Shown here piece after piece: positions 9,822-18,869 of a stretch of 64,000 nt of DNA (position 1 is its first letter; each line of letters opens with the position of its first letter). The translations under genes were made by a program, and so were the position numbers. The notes beneath the pieces were generated by a model. That model searched no databases. It worked only from the letters and a program-made list of their open reading frames with translations, and was not told the origin of the DNA. The stretch covers positions 7,308 to 71,307 of the forward strand of contig CAMFBH010000004.1 of NCBI GenBank assembly GCA_945948515.1. The letters run 5' to 3'. This DNA comes from an uncultured Clostridia bacterium (GTDB lineage Bacteria; Bacillota; Clostridia; Oscillospirales; Acutalibacteraceae).

Positions 9822-10711
9822 TTAACCTCCGAAAAGTCCGTTATTTCACCGGTGTAGATTTTTTTAACATTTTCACTGCTGATATCGTTGAGAACATTCT
9901 CCTTATTAACAATAACGGCAATTCCGTCGCCGGCTATCTCCTGAGAAATAAGACCTTTTTCCTTTTCCGAATCCTTAAGCTCACGCGATGCCATTCCGAT
10001 ATCGCAAACACCGTCGGCGGCAGAGGTCATACCTGTTGTTGAATCACTTGTTTGAATTTGAATTGTAACGCCTTTATTTATTGCCATATAACCTTCTGCA
10101 AGCTTTTCCATTACAGGAGAAACGGATGATGAGCCTGCAACAACAATTTTTCCGCTTAAATTGTTCGCAGGGGAATATACATTTTGAATATCTTTTTTTA
10201 TATATCCTGCCTCTTCAACAATTTTCTGACCGTCCGCACTCATAATGTATGAAATAAAATCTTCCGCCTCTTTTGAAAGCTCTTTCTTTGTTGCAATATT
10301 AAACGGTCTTGAAATCTTATATGCTCCGCTTTTAACATTTTCAACAGTGGGCTCTGCACCGTCTATTTTGAGTGCCTTTACAGAATCGTTTAAAGAACCA
10401 AGCGAAACATAGCCTATTGCGTTTTTGTTTTGTGAAACGGTTGAAAGCATTACCGCCGTGTTGTTTGTAATTTCAGCACTTTCGGTGGTTCTGTCGGTTT
10501 TATTTCCGTTTTCATCTTTTTCTTCAATTTCAAAAAGCTCAATAAATGCTCCTCTTGTTCCGGAGCCCTCTTCTCTTGAAATAACCGAAATAGGTAAATT
10601 TGCGTTTTCATTCTTGCTGTCTTTTTGAGATGTGTTTTTTGCACAGGATGCTAATAAAAAGCATGTGCAAACAAGTGCCAACGAAATAATTACTGATATT
10701 TTTTTCTTCAT
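9818..10711 (-). CDS. pstS: Phosphate-binding lipoprotein PstS family
   Basis: Lipobox LLAS|C. EGSGTRGAF and GSSSVSP motifs of the PstS/PBP-like type 2 fold. First gene of pstSCAB. Confidence 0.85.
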   Translation of the reverse strand: MKKKISVIISLALVCTCFLLASCAKNTSQKDSKNENANLPISVISREEGSGTRGAFIELFEIEEKDENGNKTDRTTESAEITNNTAVMLSTVSQNKNAIGYVSLGSLNDSVKALKIDGAEPTVENVKSGAYKISRPFNIATKKELSKEAEDFISYIMSADGQKIVEEAGYIKKDIQNVYSPANNLSGKIVVAGSSSVSPVMEKLAEGYMAINKGVTIQIQTSDSTTGMTSAADGVCDIGMASRELKDSEKEKGLISQEIAGDGIAVIVNKENVLNDISSENVKKIYTGEITDFSEVK

Positions 10712-10764
10712 TTCAATTCACATAACCTTTCCTGCTGCAAATATTAATCAACAATCACGGTTTA

Positions 10765-10821
10765 CCCTTGTTGCAGCCGTACAAGGCGCGATTTATATAT
10801 ATTGCGCCGCTTCTGCGGCTG
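10765..10821 (-). promoter_or_regulatory. GC-rich two-state stem-loop element in the putative pstS 5' leader
   Basis: Four overlapping inverted repeats: 10766-71/10781-86, 10785-89/10804-08, 10806-10/10815-19 and 10774-79/10816-21. They give two mutually exclusive folds. No U-tract follows on either strand. Confidence 0.3.
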
Positions 10822-10841
10822 ATAAAAACATACACCTACAT

Positions 10842-10900
10842 TGTAAAAAATGCCATTTTGTTTGCAGAAAGTTTTTGTTAAATTTTTTCGCTAATGTTAA
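10842..10900 (-). promoter_or_regulatory. Pho-box-like direct repeats upstream of pstS (weak call)
   Basis: On the minus strand, TTAACA (10900-10895), TTAACA (10882-10877) and TTTACA (10847-10842). The last two are about 3 helical turns apart. The pattern resembles the Bacillus PhoP TT(A/T/C)ACA repeats, but the spacing is imperfect. Confidence 0.25.
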
Positions 10901-11067
10901 GTATGAGTAAAAAAAGATAATTTTTTGATAAGTTTCTTTTTTTCTTATTAAATTCGTAAAATTGGTATGAAAAAGATTTCTTGAAAAACACATTCAAAAA
11001 TGATATATTAGAATTAATCAGGAAAAGTTCGTAAACTTTTTAATATTACCGTTACGGAGGGTGAAAA

Positions 11068-12411
11068 ATGAAAAGAGCATCCATAATTGTTTTAAGCTTC
11101 GTGTTAATGTGCACCGTATTATTCGGATGTTCGGCACAAAAGCAGGAGCCTCTTGCATTTACAGGCGGCGATTATTCAATAAAAGAGCTTGATTTGAGCG
11201 TTATGCCCGAAGAGCTTAAAGGAACAAAATATGAGTATCTCTATGAACTGACAACAGTTGATAATTCAAAAAAATATATGGCGCATCCCGATTCGGTTCT
11301 TCTTAAAAACGGAAACATTTTAACAATGTATCCCGAAGGCCACGGAAAAGGTGCGGTACAAACAAAAATCAGCACCGACGGCGGAAAAAGCTGGAGCTCA
11401 GAGGTTAAAAACACGCCCGAAAGCTGGGTTGACTCTCAGGAAACACCAACAGTTTACCGACTGCAATTTACCGACGGAAAAACAGATGACAAGCTGATTA
11501 TGATTTCGGCAAATCCAAAATGGGGCGATGAAGAGACCGACGGCGGATTTAACACATCCGTTTCCTGCGATGAGGGTAAAACATGGACCGAGTTTGAAAC
11601 CTTTTATGATATTAACAGCGACTGTCCCGTTATTCCCATTGTTGCTATGTCGAGCCTTACTCAGCTTAAGGAAAACGGCGAATTTGTTGACAAATGGATG
11701 GGGCTTTTTCACGACAGCAACTTTTATAACTACAAAACCATTTTAACCTTTGATGAAAACGGAAATCCGCACTGGAGCAAGCCCGAAAAATATTTTTCCG
11801 CATACCGTGATATTGAGGAAAAATCAAATATGTGCGAGGTTGAAATTATCAGAAGTGATAACGGATACGGAGATGAGCTCTGCCTTATTTCAAGAAGCAA
11901 CTCAAAGAAAATGAACTCTCTGATTTCATTCTCAACCGATGAAGGAAAAACATGGAGCGAGCCTTTTGAAGCTCCCGCAGCGCTTAACGGTGAGCGCCAC
12001 AAGGCAGAATATACTCCGGACGGACGGCTTTTTATCACCTTTCGCTCTATTGAAAGAGGAAAGAAAGCAGAAAAAAATGCCCCTGCCGACACAATGGGAG
12101 GTTGGGTCAGCGAGGGCTGGATTGCCTGGGTAGGCACATATGATGATTTAAAGAACTGCCGCGAGGGTCAATACAGAATTAAGCTCGCCCACATTTATCA
12201 GGATAAGCAAAAAGAGCCTGAATACTGTGCGGGTGCCGACACGGGCTACTGCGGAAATGTTGTTCTTGAAGACGGAACAATCGTAACCTCAAGCTATGGC
12301 AAATTCGACCCGAAAAGCAAGGCTTCCTTTTCAACTCTAAGAACATACATATGCTCAAAAAGGATAAACCTCAGCGACACTGATGAGCTTATTGAAAAAT
12401 ATGCAAAATAG
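11068..12411 (+). CDS. BNR/Asp-box repeat (sialidase-family-like) lipoprotein
   Basis: Lipobox VLFG|C. Three Asp-boxes STDGGKSW, SCDEGKTW, STDEGKTW. No FRIP motif seen. Confidence 0.75.
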   Translation: MKRASIIVLSFVLMCTVLFGCSAQKQEPLAFTGGDYSIKELDLSVMPEELKGTKYEYLYELTTVDNSKKYMAHPDSVLLKNGNILTMYPEGHGKGAVQTKISTDGGKSWSSEVKNTPESWVDSQETPTVYRLQFTDGKTDDKLIMISANPKWGDEETDGGFNTSVSCDEGKTWTEFETFYDINSDCPVIPIVAMSSLTQLKENGEFVDKWMGLFHDSNFYNYKTILTFDENGNPHWSKPEKYFSAYRDIEEKSNMCEVEIIRSDNGYGDELCLISRSNSKKMNSLISFSTDEGKTWSEPFEAPAALNGERHKAEYTPDGRLFITFRSIERGKKAEKNAPADTMGGWVSEGWIAWVGTYDDLKNCREGQYRIKLAHIYQDKQKEPEYCAGADTGYCGNVVLEDGTIVTSSYGKFDPKSKASFSTLRTYICSKRINLSDTDELIEKYAK

Positions 12412-12414
12412 AAA

Positions 12415-12447
12415 AAAGCGTTTCCCGAATAATTTGGGAAACGCTTT
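12415..12447. terminator. Bidirectional terminator between the BNR gene and the PucR-family gene
   Basis: 12-bp stem AAAGCGTTTCCC / GGGAAACGCTTT. A T-run follows on the minus strand (from GAAAAAA at 12411-17); a weaker AATTTTA follows on plus. Confidence 0.7.
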
Positions 12448-12451
12448 AATT

Positions 12452-13537
12452 TTAGTATTTAACCGGGCTTGAATCAAGATATTTATTAACCATAAGTGCT
12501 ACCTTGAAAACGATTGCATCATCAAACTCTCTCAAATCAAGACCTGTGAGCTTTTTGATTTTCTCAAGTCTGTAAACAAGCGTATTTCTGTGAACAAACA
12601 GCTTTCTTGAGGTTTCGGAAACATTAAGATTGTTTTCAAAGAACTTTTGAATTGTGAAAAGTGTTTCCTGGTCAAGACTGTCTATTGAGCCGCGCTTGAA
12701 AACCTCATTGATGAACATCTCACAAAGAGTTGTGGGAAGCTGATAAATAAGCCTTGCAATTCCGAGATTATCGTAGCTTACAATAACCTTTTCCGTGTCG
12801 AAAACCTTGCCAACCTCAAGTGCAACCTGCGCCTCCTTAAAGCTGCGCGCAAGCTCCTTGATGCCAACAACGCAGGTTCCGATTCCTGCAACGGCATTTG
12901 CGTAAAATTCCGTTGAAAGAGTATCGCATATTGAACGGGCAAGCTTTTCAAGGTCTGCCGCATCAACATTCGGGCGAACCTCTTTAACAAGAGCAACATC
13001 CTTTTCGTTGATGTTGATAACAAAATCCTTGCTCTTATCCGGAAAGAAGTTTGAAATTACATCATAAACCGAAACATCGGTCTGCTGAGTAACGCGGATA
13101 AGAAAAACAACACGGGAGGCATCATTATTAAAACGAAGCTCACGGGATTTAATATAAATATCTCCGGGAAGAATGTTATCAAGAATAACATTTTTTATGA
13201 AATTTGCGCGGTCGAACTTTTCATCGTTATTAAGCTTAATCTGATTCAATGCAACCGCAATAATATCTGCAAAATGGCGGCTCAAATCATCTGTTCCGTC
13301 AACAAAAACCGCATACTCGGGATGAACAACGCTTCCGAATGCTCTGTAAACGCAGGAATCAACACTAACCTGAGAATTCCCGAAAACACCGGCTGTTACA
13401 ACACCTTTACGAACCTCACCGACTCTGCCTAAATCACTGCATGCAATGACCGTTCCTGTTTCATCAACAACTCCGATAGTGCGGTCAATCGTTTCGCGCA
13501 TTTGGTGAATAATACCCTGAAATAATCTGTTTGGCAT
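12452..13537 (-). CDS. PucR/CdaR-family transcriptional regulator (sugar-diacid regulator-like)
   Basis: N-terminal diacid-recognition-like region (TIGVVDETGTVIACSDLGRVGE). C-terminal PucR HTH (ETSRKLFVHRNTLVYRLEKIKKLTGLDL). The ATG at 13537 is preceded by AAAGGAGA; the listed start at 13624 has no RBS. Confidence 0.85.
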   Translation of the reverse strand: MPNRLFQGIIHQMRETIDRTIGVVDETGTVIACSDLGRVGEVRKGVVTAGVFGNSQVSVDSCVYRAFGSVVHPEYAVFVDGTDDLSRHFADIIAVALNQIKLNNDEKFDRANFIKNVILDNILPGDIYIKSRELRFNNDASRVVFLIRVTQQTDVSVYDVISNFFPDKSKDFVININEKDVALVKEVRPNVDAADLEKLARSICDTLSTEFYANAVAGIGTCVVGIKELARSFKEAQVALEVGKVFDTEKVIVSYDNLGIARLIYQLPTTLCEMFINEVFKRGSIDSLDQETLFTIQKFFENNLNVSETSRKLFVHRNTLVYRLEKIKKLTGLDLREFDDAIVFKVALMVNKYLDSSPVKY

Positions 13538-13652
13538 AATATTCTCCTTTTCGTCAATATAAACAATACAACTCTCGTGTAAAATTGCACAAAAAGTATG
13601 CTCTTTCTTGTACATATTATACAAGGTCTATAAACAAAATGCAACAGTTTAA

Positions 13653-13708
13653 ACAAAAAAAATCTCCTTTTTTGTAAGAATTGCATAAACTTACAAAACT
13701 CGGAGATA
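13653..13708 (-). terminator. Intrinsic terminator ending the FHA-rodA-pbp-hflX-DUF4830-pseudouridine synthase operon
   Basis: On the minus strand: ATCTCC..TTTTGTAAG-loop-CTTACAAAA..GGAGAT followed by TTTTTTTT. Confidence 0.75.
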
Positions 13709-13764
13709 AAAACTACTATATATAGACACATTTTTCATTTGTGCTCTAATTGTAGAATAAGCTG

Positions 13765-14481
13765 TTATAAATTTGTGTATGTTTCACAAATCTGTTTGAG
13801 CTCATTTTCGCTGATATATCTGCATTCGCCCGGATTAAGCGATAAATCAAGCTCCAGCGAACCTATTTTTTCGCGGTGAAGCTCAAGAACTCTAATTCCG
13901 TAGCTCATAAACATTCTTTTAATTTGATGATACATACCCTGCCTAATAACAACCTGCGCGGTTTTATTATCATCGCTCAGGCTTTTTATCTCGGCGCTGA
14001 GGCATTTTTTACCCGACAGCTCAACACCCTGCTCAAATCCCAGTTTAACCTCGTCGGTGAACGGTTTGTCGAGCAAGGCAACATAGGTTTTTTCAACATG
14101 CTTTTTAGGGCTTAAAATATTATGTGCAAATTCGCCGTCGTCCGTAATCAAAACAAATCCTGTTGTGTCCTTATCAAGTCTGCCTGCCGGGAAAAGACCT
14201 TTGTGCCTCATATTTTCGGGCAAAATATCAACAACTGTTTTTTCGCCTCTGCCCTCGGATGCACTTATAACGCCCTTGGGCTTGTTCATCATTATATAAA
14301 CCTTATCTCTGAAAGAAAGCTCCTCGCCGTCGAGCAGTATTTTATCCTCAGTCGGCTCAATTTTATCTCCTGCCGAAAGTATTCTGCCCGATGAAGAAAT
14401 TCTTTTTTCCCTGAGCAAGGCTTTTGCCTCGGTTCTTGTTATATTTAAAATATGTGCAACAACCTTTTCAATTCTTTCCAT
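13765..14481 (-). CDS. Pseudouridine synthase, RsuA/RluB family, with N-terminal S4 domain
   Basis: Catalytic motif GRLDKDTTGFVLITDDGEF plus HQIKRMF. S4-like N-terminus. Confidence 0.85.
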   Translation of the reverse strand: MERIEKVVAHILNITRTEAKALLREKRISSSGRILSAGDKIEPTEDKILLDGEELSFRDKVYIMMNKPKGVISASEGRGEKTVVDILPENMRHKGLFPAGRLDKDTTGFVLITDDGEFAHNILSPKKHVEKTYVALLDKPFTDEVKLGFEQGVELSGKKCLSAEIKSLSDDNKTAQVVIRQGMYHQIKRMFMSYGIRVLELHREKIGSLELDLSLNPGECRYISENELKQICETYTNL

Positions 14482-14954
14482 TAACTCTCCTGTTTTTCAA
14501 ATCCGTGCATAAATCCGTTTTTAGCCGTTGAGCAAACATCTCCGCCTATAACCCTGTTTTCAAACACCAAAATATTTGCAAAAATACAGTCGCTGTCCTG
14601 ATATCCGGGATAATTTGTTATGCGATATGTGTAAAGCTCAACCGTTTTTCCGCAGTAATCCTCAAGATTACAGCCCTGCGCCTTTTGGATTTTATTATAC
14701 TGCGTATAAACATCGTTGAAGGTTGTGGGAATAGTTACGGTCTTTTTTGTATATTCGCTGTCAAACTCCCAACCGAATGAAGATAAAAACTGTGCTCTCT
14801 CATTATCTGTTGCCACAACATCGGTTCCCGATAACGCCGCCGGCTTTGCACTGTGATTTCCAATAAAAGTAATAAGAATAACCAACAATCCCGCAACGCA
14901 TAGAATTGCTCCGAAAATATATTTCGGCTTCGCCCTGAATGTTAAAACCTGCAT
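14481..14954 (-). CDS. DUF4830-like membrane-anchored protein
   Basis: N-terminal TM. The FGWEF...IP..F..VY..YN..Q pattern matches my memory of DUF4830; not searched. 1-nt overlap with the next gene. Confidence 0.6.
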   Translation of the reverse strand: MQVLTFRAKPKYIFGAILCVAGLLVILITFIGNHSAKPAALSGTDVVATDNERAQFLSSFGWEFDSEYTKKTVTIPTTFNDVYTQYNKIQKAQGCNLEDYCGKTVELYTYRITNYPGYQDSDCIFANILVFENRVIGGDVCSTAKNGFMHGFEKQES

Positions 14955-14986
14955 AAAACCACCTCAAATGATATTATGCAGAAAAA

Positions 14987-16237
14987 CTAAACAATATAAT
15001 CTTTTAATGAATCAAGAATTGCAATTTCAACATTTGCTTCAATCTTTATTCCGTTTTCGGAATATTCCTCGCAAATAATATTTGAGTGCTTTCTTATTTT
15101 AGAAGCCAGACCCGCCTCTGAAAACGGAATCACGAGGCGAACCCTTCTCATTGTTTCGGGAAGCTCTGAGCATATTTTTTCCAAAAGCTCATCAAATCCC
15201 GTTCTGTTTTTTGCGCTGATTAAAACGCTGTTCTTATCGGGAATCGGCATATTTGAAATATCAACCAAATCACATTTATTAAGAACATTTATGACCGGTG
15301 TTGAAGCACATCCGAGCGAGGAAAGCAGCTCCCGTGTTACTTGCAGGTGCTCCTCGTAATCTTCGCTTGAATAATCACACACATTCAAAATCAAATCCGC
15401 CTGCACCGCTTCCTCAAGCGTGCTTCTGAATGCCGAAACAAGATGATGCGGCAGCCTGCGAACAAGCCCTACCGTGTCAACAAGCATAACGCTTCTTCCG
15501 TCGGGCAGGCTCAGCTTTCTTGCAGTTGGATCAAGCGTTGCAAAAAGCATATCCTCTGCCAAAACTCCTGCGTTTGTCAGAGCATTCATAAGCGTTGATT
15601 TTCCTGCATTTGTGTAGCCTACAACAGCAACCGTAACAACGCCGTTTTTCTTGCGCCGCGCATGCATTGAATTTCGGCGCTTTTCGATTTTATCCAGCTC
15701 TTCATTCAAATTTTGTATTTTTCTTCTTATATGCCTTTTATCGCTTTCAAGCTTTGTTTCACCGGGACCTCTTGTTCCTATTCCGCCGCCGAGCCTTGAA
15801 AGAGATGTTCCCTTTCCCGTAAGGCGGGGCAAGCTGTATTTAAGCTGAGCGAGCTCAACCTGAATTTTTCCCTCTGCGCTTCTTGCCCTTGAAGCAAAAA
15901 TATCAAGAATAAGCGTTGTTCTGTCTATAACCCTGACATTTGTTGCATTTTCAATATTTCTTATTTGAACCGGTGAAAGCTCGCCGTCTGCAACAATGAG
16001 GTCAATTTCATTATTTTTACAGAATTCGCATATTTCATCAAGTCTGCCCGAGCCTACATATGTTGAAGCCTCGGGAGAGGGGCGCTTTTGAATTATAACG
16101 CCATCAACCTCTGCACCGGCTGTTTTTGCAAGCTCGCTGAGCTCGCTGACAGATGCCTCGGTATCGTACTCGCCGCAGTCTATTGAAATTAAAAGAGCTT
16201 TTTCTTTTTTATTAATATCGTTTTCTATCATAATCAA
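14987..16237 (-). CDS. hflX: GTPase HflX
   Basis: HflX N-domain (RARSAEGKIQVELAQLKYSLPRL, GPGETKLESDKR). G1 GYTNAGKST, G3 DTVG, G4 NKCD. Confidence 0.92.
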   Translation of the reverse strand: MIMIENDINKKEKALLISIDCGEYDTEASVSELSELAKTAGAEVDGVIIQKRPSPEASTYVGSGRLDEICEFCKNNEIDLIVADGELSPVQIRNIENATNVRVIDRTTLILDIFASRARSAEGKIQVELAQLKYSLPRLTGKGTSLSRLGGGIGTRGPGETKLESDKRHIRRKIQNLNEELDKIEKRRNSMHARRKKNGVVTVAVVGYTNAGKSTLMNALTNAGVLAEDMLFATLDPTARKLSLPDGRSVMLVDTVGLVRRLPHHLVSAFRSTLEEAVQADLILNVCDYSSEDYEEHLQVTRELLSSLGCASTPVINVLNKCDLVDISNMPIPDKNSVLISAKNRTGFDELLEKICSELPETMRRVRLVIPFSEAGLASKIRKHSNIICEEYSENGIKIEANVEIAILDSLKDYIV

Positions 16238-17610
16238 TCAACCAATGCCTGCAAAACCTTATTGGCAACGGGGCCTGCGTTTGATGATCCGAATCCGCCG
16301 TGCTCAATAATAACAACAAAGCAATACGGAATTTTTTCATCATCGCAAAATCCGATAAACCATGCCGTGTCATGCGATGCAATATTATCTATTTGGGCCG
16401 TTCCGCTTTTAGCGCAAAGTGAAAGCCCTTTATAATTATAATCCCCGTAATTTGACTTAACATTATTTCTCATCATGGATTTTAATTTATCCGCAGTTGT
16501 TTTTTCAAAAAGCTGCTCACCCTGCATATTCAAATCAAGGTTAAGCGCTTCGCCCGCCTGAGTTGCAAAGCTTGTTACAATATAAGGATTAACCGCCGTG
16601 CCTCCGTTTGCTATTGCTCCGGTCATTCTTAAAAGCGCAATCGGCGAAAGCATTGTTGTGAACTGACCGATTCCTGCCCAGCCTATATCCTCATCGCTTT
16701 TATCCTTAATATCGAACTCGCCGACAGAAGATTTAATTTTACCTATGGAAACTGATTTTGTAAGTCCCAGCTCATTTACCGTTTGGCTAAGCCTTTCCTC
16801 ACCGAGCTCAATGGCAATTTGTGCAAAGGCAACATTGCAGCTGTTTGCAAGAGCCTCTTCAAAATTCTGCTTTCCGTGATTGCCGTTACATTCAATTTTT
16901 CCGCCCGACGGAACCTTATAAATTTTATTACATGTCCATTCGCGTTCGTTTATATCTGCAATATTTTCTATGGCGCTTGCCGCGGTAACAAGCTTAAAGG
17001 TTGAACCCGGAGTGTACATTCCGCTGAAAAGTCTGTTAATATATGCGCCCTCGTATTTGCTGCTTGTGTTGATATCGGACGGAATATTATTTACATCATA
17101 GCTCGGAGACGATACGGCGCAGATTATCTCTCCCGTTTTATAATTCATAACACCGACCGTGCCTTTTCTGCCGTTCAGCGCATCATAGGCAACATTACAA
17201 ATCTCACTGTCAATAGTGAGCTTCATATCGTTTCCCTTGCCGTACTTTTTAATATTATAAACTCCGTAAAGGAGCTTATATCCCGTGAGCTCCGCCTGAT
17301 AATTGCTTTGCACTCCCGTTGAAATAAATCCTTTCGGGTCTCCTATTACATGAAGAGTGGACAGGCGCACTTTTTTATTTTCACTGTACTGTCTTTCACC
17401 GTTTTTTGTTTCGGCAAGCACAACTCCGTTTCTGTCATAAACGGTTCCTGCGCCTACAAGCTCGCCGTCCGAATAAACATGGGTGTTATAATACTTCATT
17501 ACCCATTTATCCGAATTCACAGCCAAGCTAACGGTGAGAAAAACAAGTCCTCCTATAAAAGCGGCGCAAATCAACCAAAGAAAAATTCCTCTTTTTGCTA
17601 TTCTTTTCAT
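16234..17610 (-). CDS. Class B penicillin-binding protein (PbpA-like short bPBP transpeptidase)
   Basis: N-terminal TM. SxxK = STFK, SxN = SCN, KSG = KSGTA. 4-nt overlaps with the SEDS gene upstream and with hflX downstream. Confidence 0.88.
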   Translation of the reverse strand: MKRIAKRGIFLWLICAAFIGGLVFLTVSLAVNSDKWVMKYYNTHVYSDGELVGAGTVYDRNGVVLAETKNGERQYSENKKVRLSTLHVIGDPKGFISTGVQSNYQAELTGYKLLYGVYNIKKYGKGNDMKLTIDSEICNVAYDALNGRKGTVGVMNYKTGEIICAVSSPSYDVNNIPSDINTSSKYEGAYINRLFSGMYTPGSTFKLVTAASAIENIADINEREWTCNKIYKVPSGGKIECNGNHGKQNFEEALANSCNVAFAQIAIELGEERLSQTVNELGLTKSVSIGKIKSSVGEFDIKDKSDEDIGWAGIGQFTTMLSPIALLRMTGAIANGGTAVNPYIVTSFATQAGEALNLDLNMQGEQLFEKTTADKLKSMMRNNVKSNYGDYNYKGLSLCAKSGTAQIDNIASHDTAWFIGFCDDEKIPYCFVVIIEHGGFGSSNAGPVANKVLQALVD

Positions 17611-18860
17611 TTCTTTGCACCTCCGTTCATATTATAGGTGCGAACATCGCTTGCTTTAATAAATGCAAGAATTGCCCAGCAGCTCATCATACTTGAACCG
17701 CCCTGGCTGATAAACGGAAGCGTTACGCCTGTCAGCGGCAAAACATCCGTTATTCCGAAAATATTGAGCGCTGTTTGAAAAAGGAGCATTCCCGCTCCTG
17801 CAACGGCGGCGATGCTGTAAAATGTGCTCTTAGCCGCAACGCTGTTAATAAGCGCCGAAACCGCAATTCCCACAAAGCAAAGAACAGTTAAAATTCCGAA
17901 TATATAGCCAAACTCTTCGCATATTACTCCGAATATCAAATCGGTTGTTGAAGCCCAGAGATAACGAACATTTCCTGCGCCTATTCCGAGTCCGAGAAGT
18001 CCGCCCGAAGCAAGTCCTACAAGAACTCTCGTTTGCTGATAGCCCGACTCGTTATAGTTTTCCCAAACATGACGGTAAACGGAAAAACGCGCCGTAACAT
18101 AGGGCTTAAAGCGAATAATAAGTGCCGAGCCGAGAAGCCCTGCTCCTACACTGTAAATAACAGTTCTTATATCTCCGGAGTTCATAAAGGCAAGAATTAA
18201 AAACCCAACGAAGAAAATGAGCGCTGTTCCGAAATCCCTCATAACAAAAAGCGAGCCTATGCAAACAACAACAAATCCTAAAAATGCCCAAAGATTTTTT
18301 GTTGTTTGTATTTTTTCAAGCGTTGCTGAGCCGACAAAAATAAACATTGCCTTAACAAGCTCCGACGGCTGAATTGTAAACGAACCGAGAACTATCCAGT
18401 TTTTCGCGCCGTTAATTTCCTTTCCCAAAACAAGCGTTGCCGCAAGCGCGAGAACGGCAACAATCGCAACAGGCATACGAAGCTTCATACATAAATCCGT
18501 GTCGCCGAGAAGAAAAACAAGTGTTATGAATATCAGCATGCCCGCGATTATCATTATCAGCTGCTTGAGTGCGTCCTTGGGCTCAATGCTTCCGATAATG
18601 CAAAGTCCTATTGAGCAAAGAAAAAAAGCAATGAACTCAAGCTCAAAGTTTCTTCGGTGGAATGCAAAATAAAATATTGCCGTATATGCCCACTGAAGTG
18701 CAATGAAAAGAGCAAAAACGCCTATCATCAAAAATGAAAACTCCTTTGAAGCAGATGCACTCGAAAAAGCAAGAACTGCTTCAAAAACAGAAATTGCAAT
18801 CAGCATTGCAAAATTATTCAGCGGTTTTATTTTAACTTTATTTTTTGTTTTTTCTGCCAT
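17607..18860 (-). CDS. FtsW/RodA/SpoVE (SEDS) family peptidoglycan glycosyltransferase
   Basis: 417 aa polytopic protein. SEDS hallmarks QPSELVK, RDFGTALIF, PLTGVTLPFISQGGSS. Confidence 0.9.
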   Translation of the reverse strand: MAEKTKNKVKIKPLNNFAMLIAISVFEAVLAFSSASASKEFSFLMIGVFALFIALQWAYTAIFYFAFHRRNFELEFIAFFLCSIGLCIIGSIEPKDALKQLIMIIAGMLIFITLVFLLGDTDLCMKLRMPVAIVAVLALAATLVLGKEINGAKNWIVLGSFTIQPSELVKAMFIFVGSATLEKIQTTKNLWAFLGFVVVCIGSLFVMRDFGTALIFFVGFLILAFMNSGDIRTVIYSVGAGLLGSALIIRFKPYVTARFSVYRHVWENYNESGYQQTRVLVGLASGGLLGLGIGAGNVRYLWASTTDLIFGVICEEFGYIFGILTVLCFVGIAVSALINSVAAKSTFYSIAAVAGAGMLLFQTALNIFGITDVLPLTGVTLPFISQGGSSMMSCWAILAFIKASDVRTYNMNGGAKK

Positions 18861-18869
18861 TTAGCTTCC

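Noticed and set aside
10632-10993. 92-aa (+) and 66-aa (-) ORFs in the pstS / BNR-gene intergenic region
   Set aside because: They lie in an AT-rich regulatory spacer. They have no RBS, their composition is skewed toward Phe/Lys/Asn/Ile, and they overlap each other and the candidate Pho-box and leader elements.
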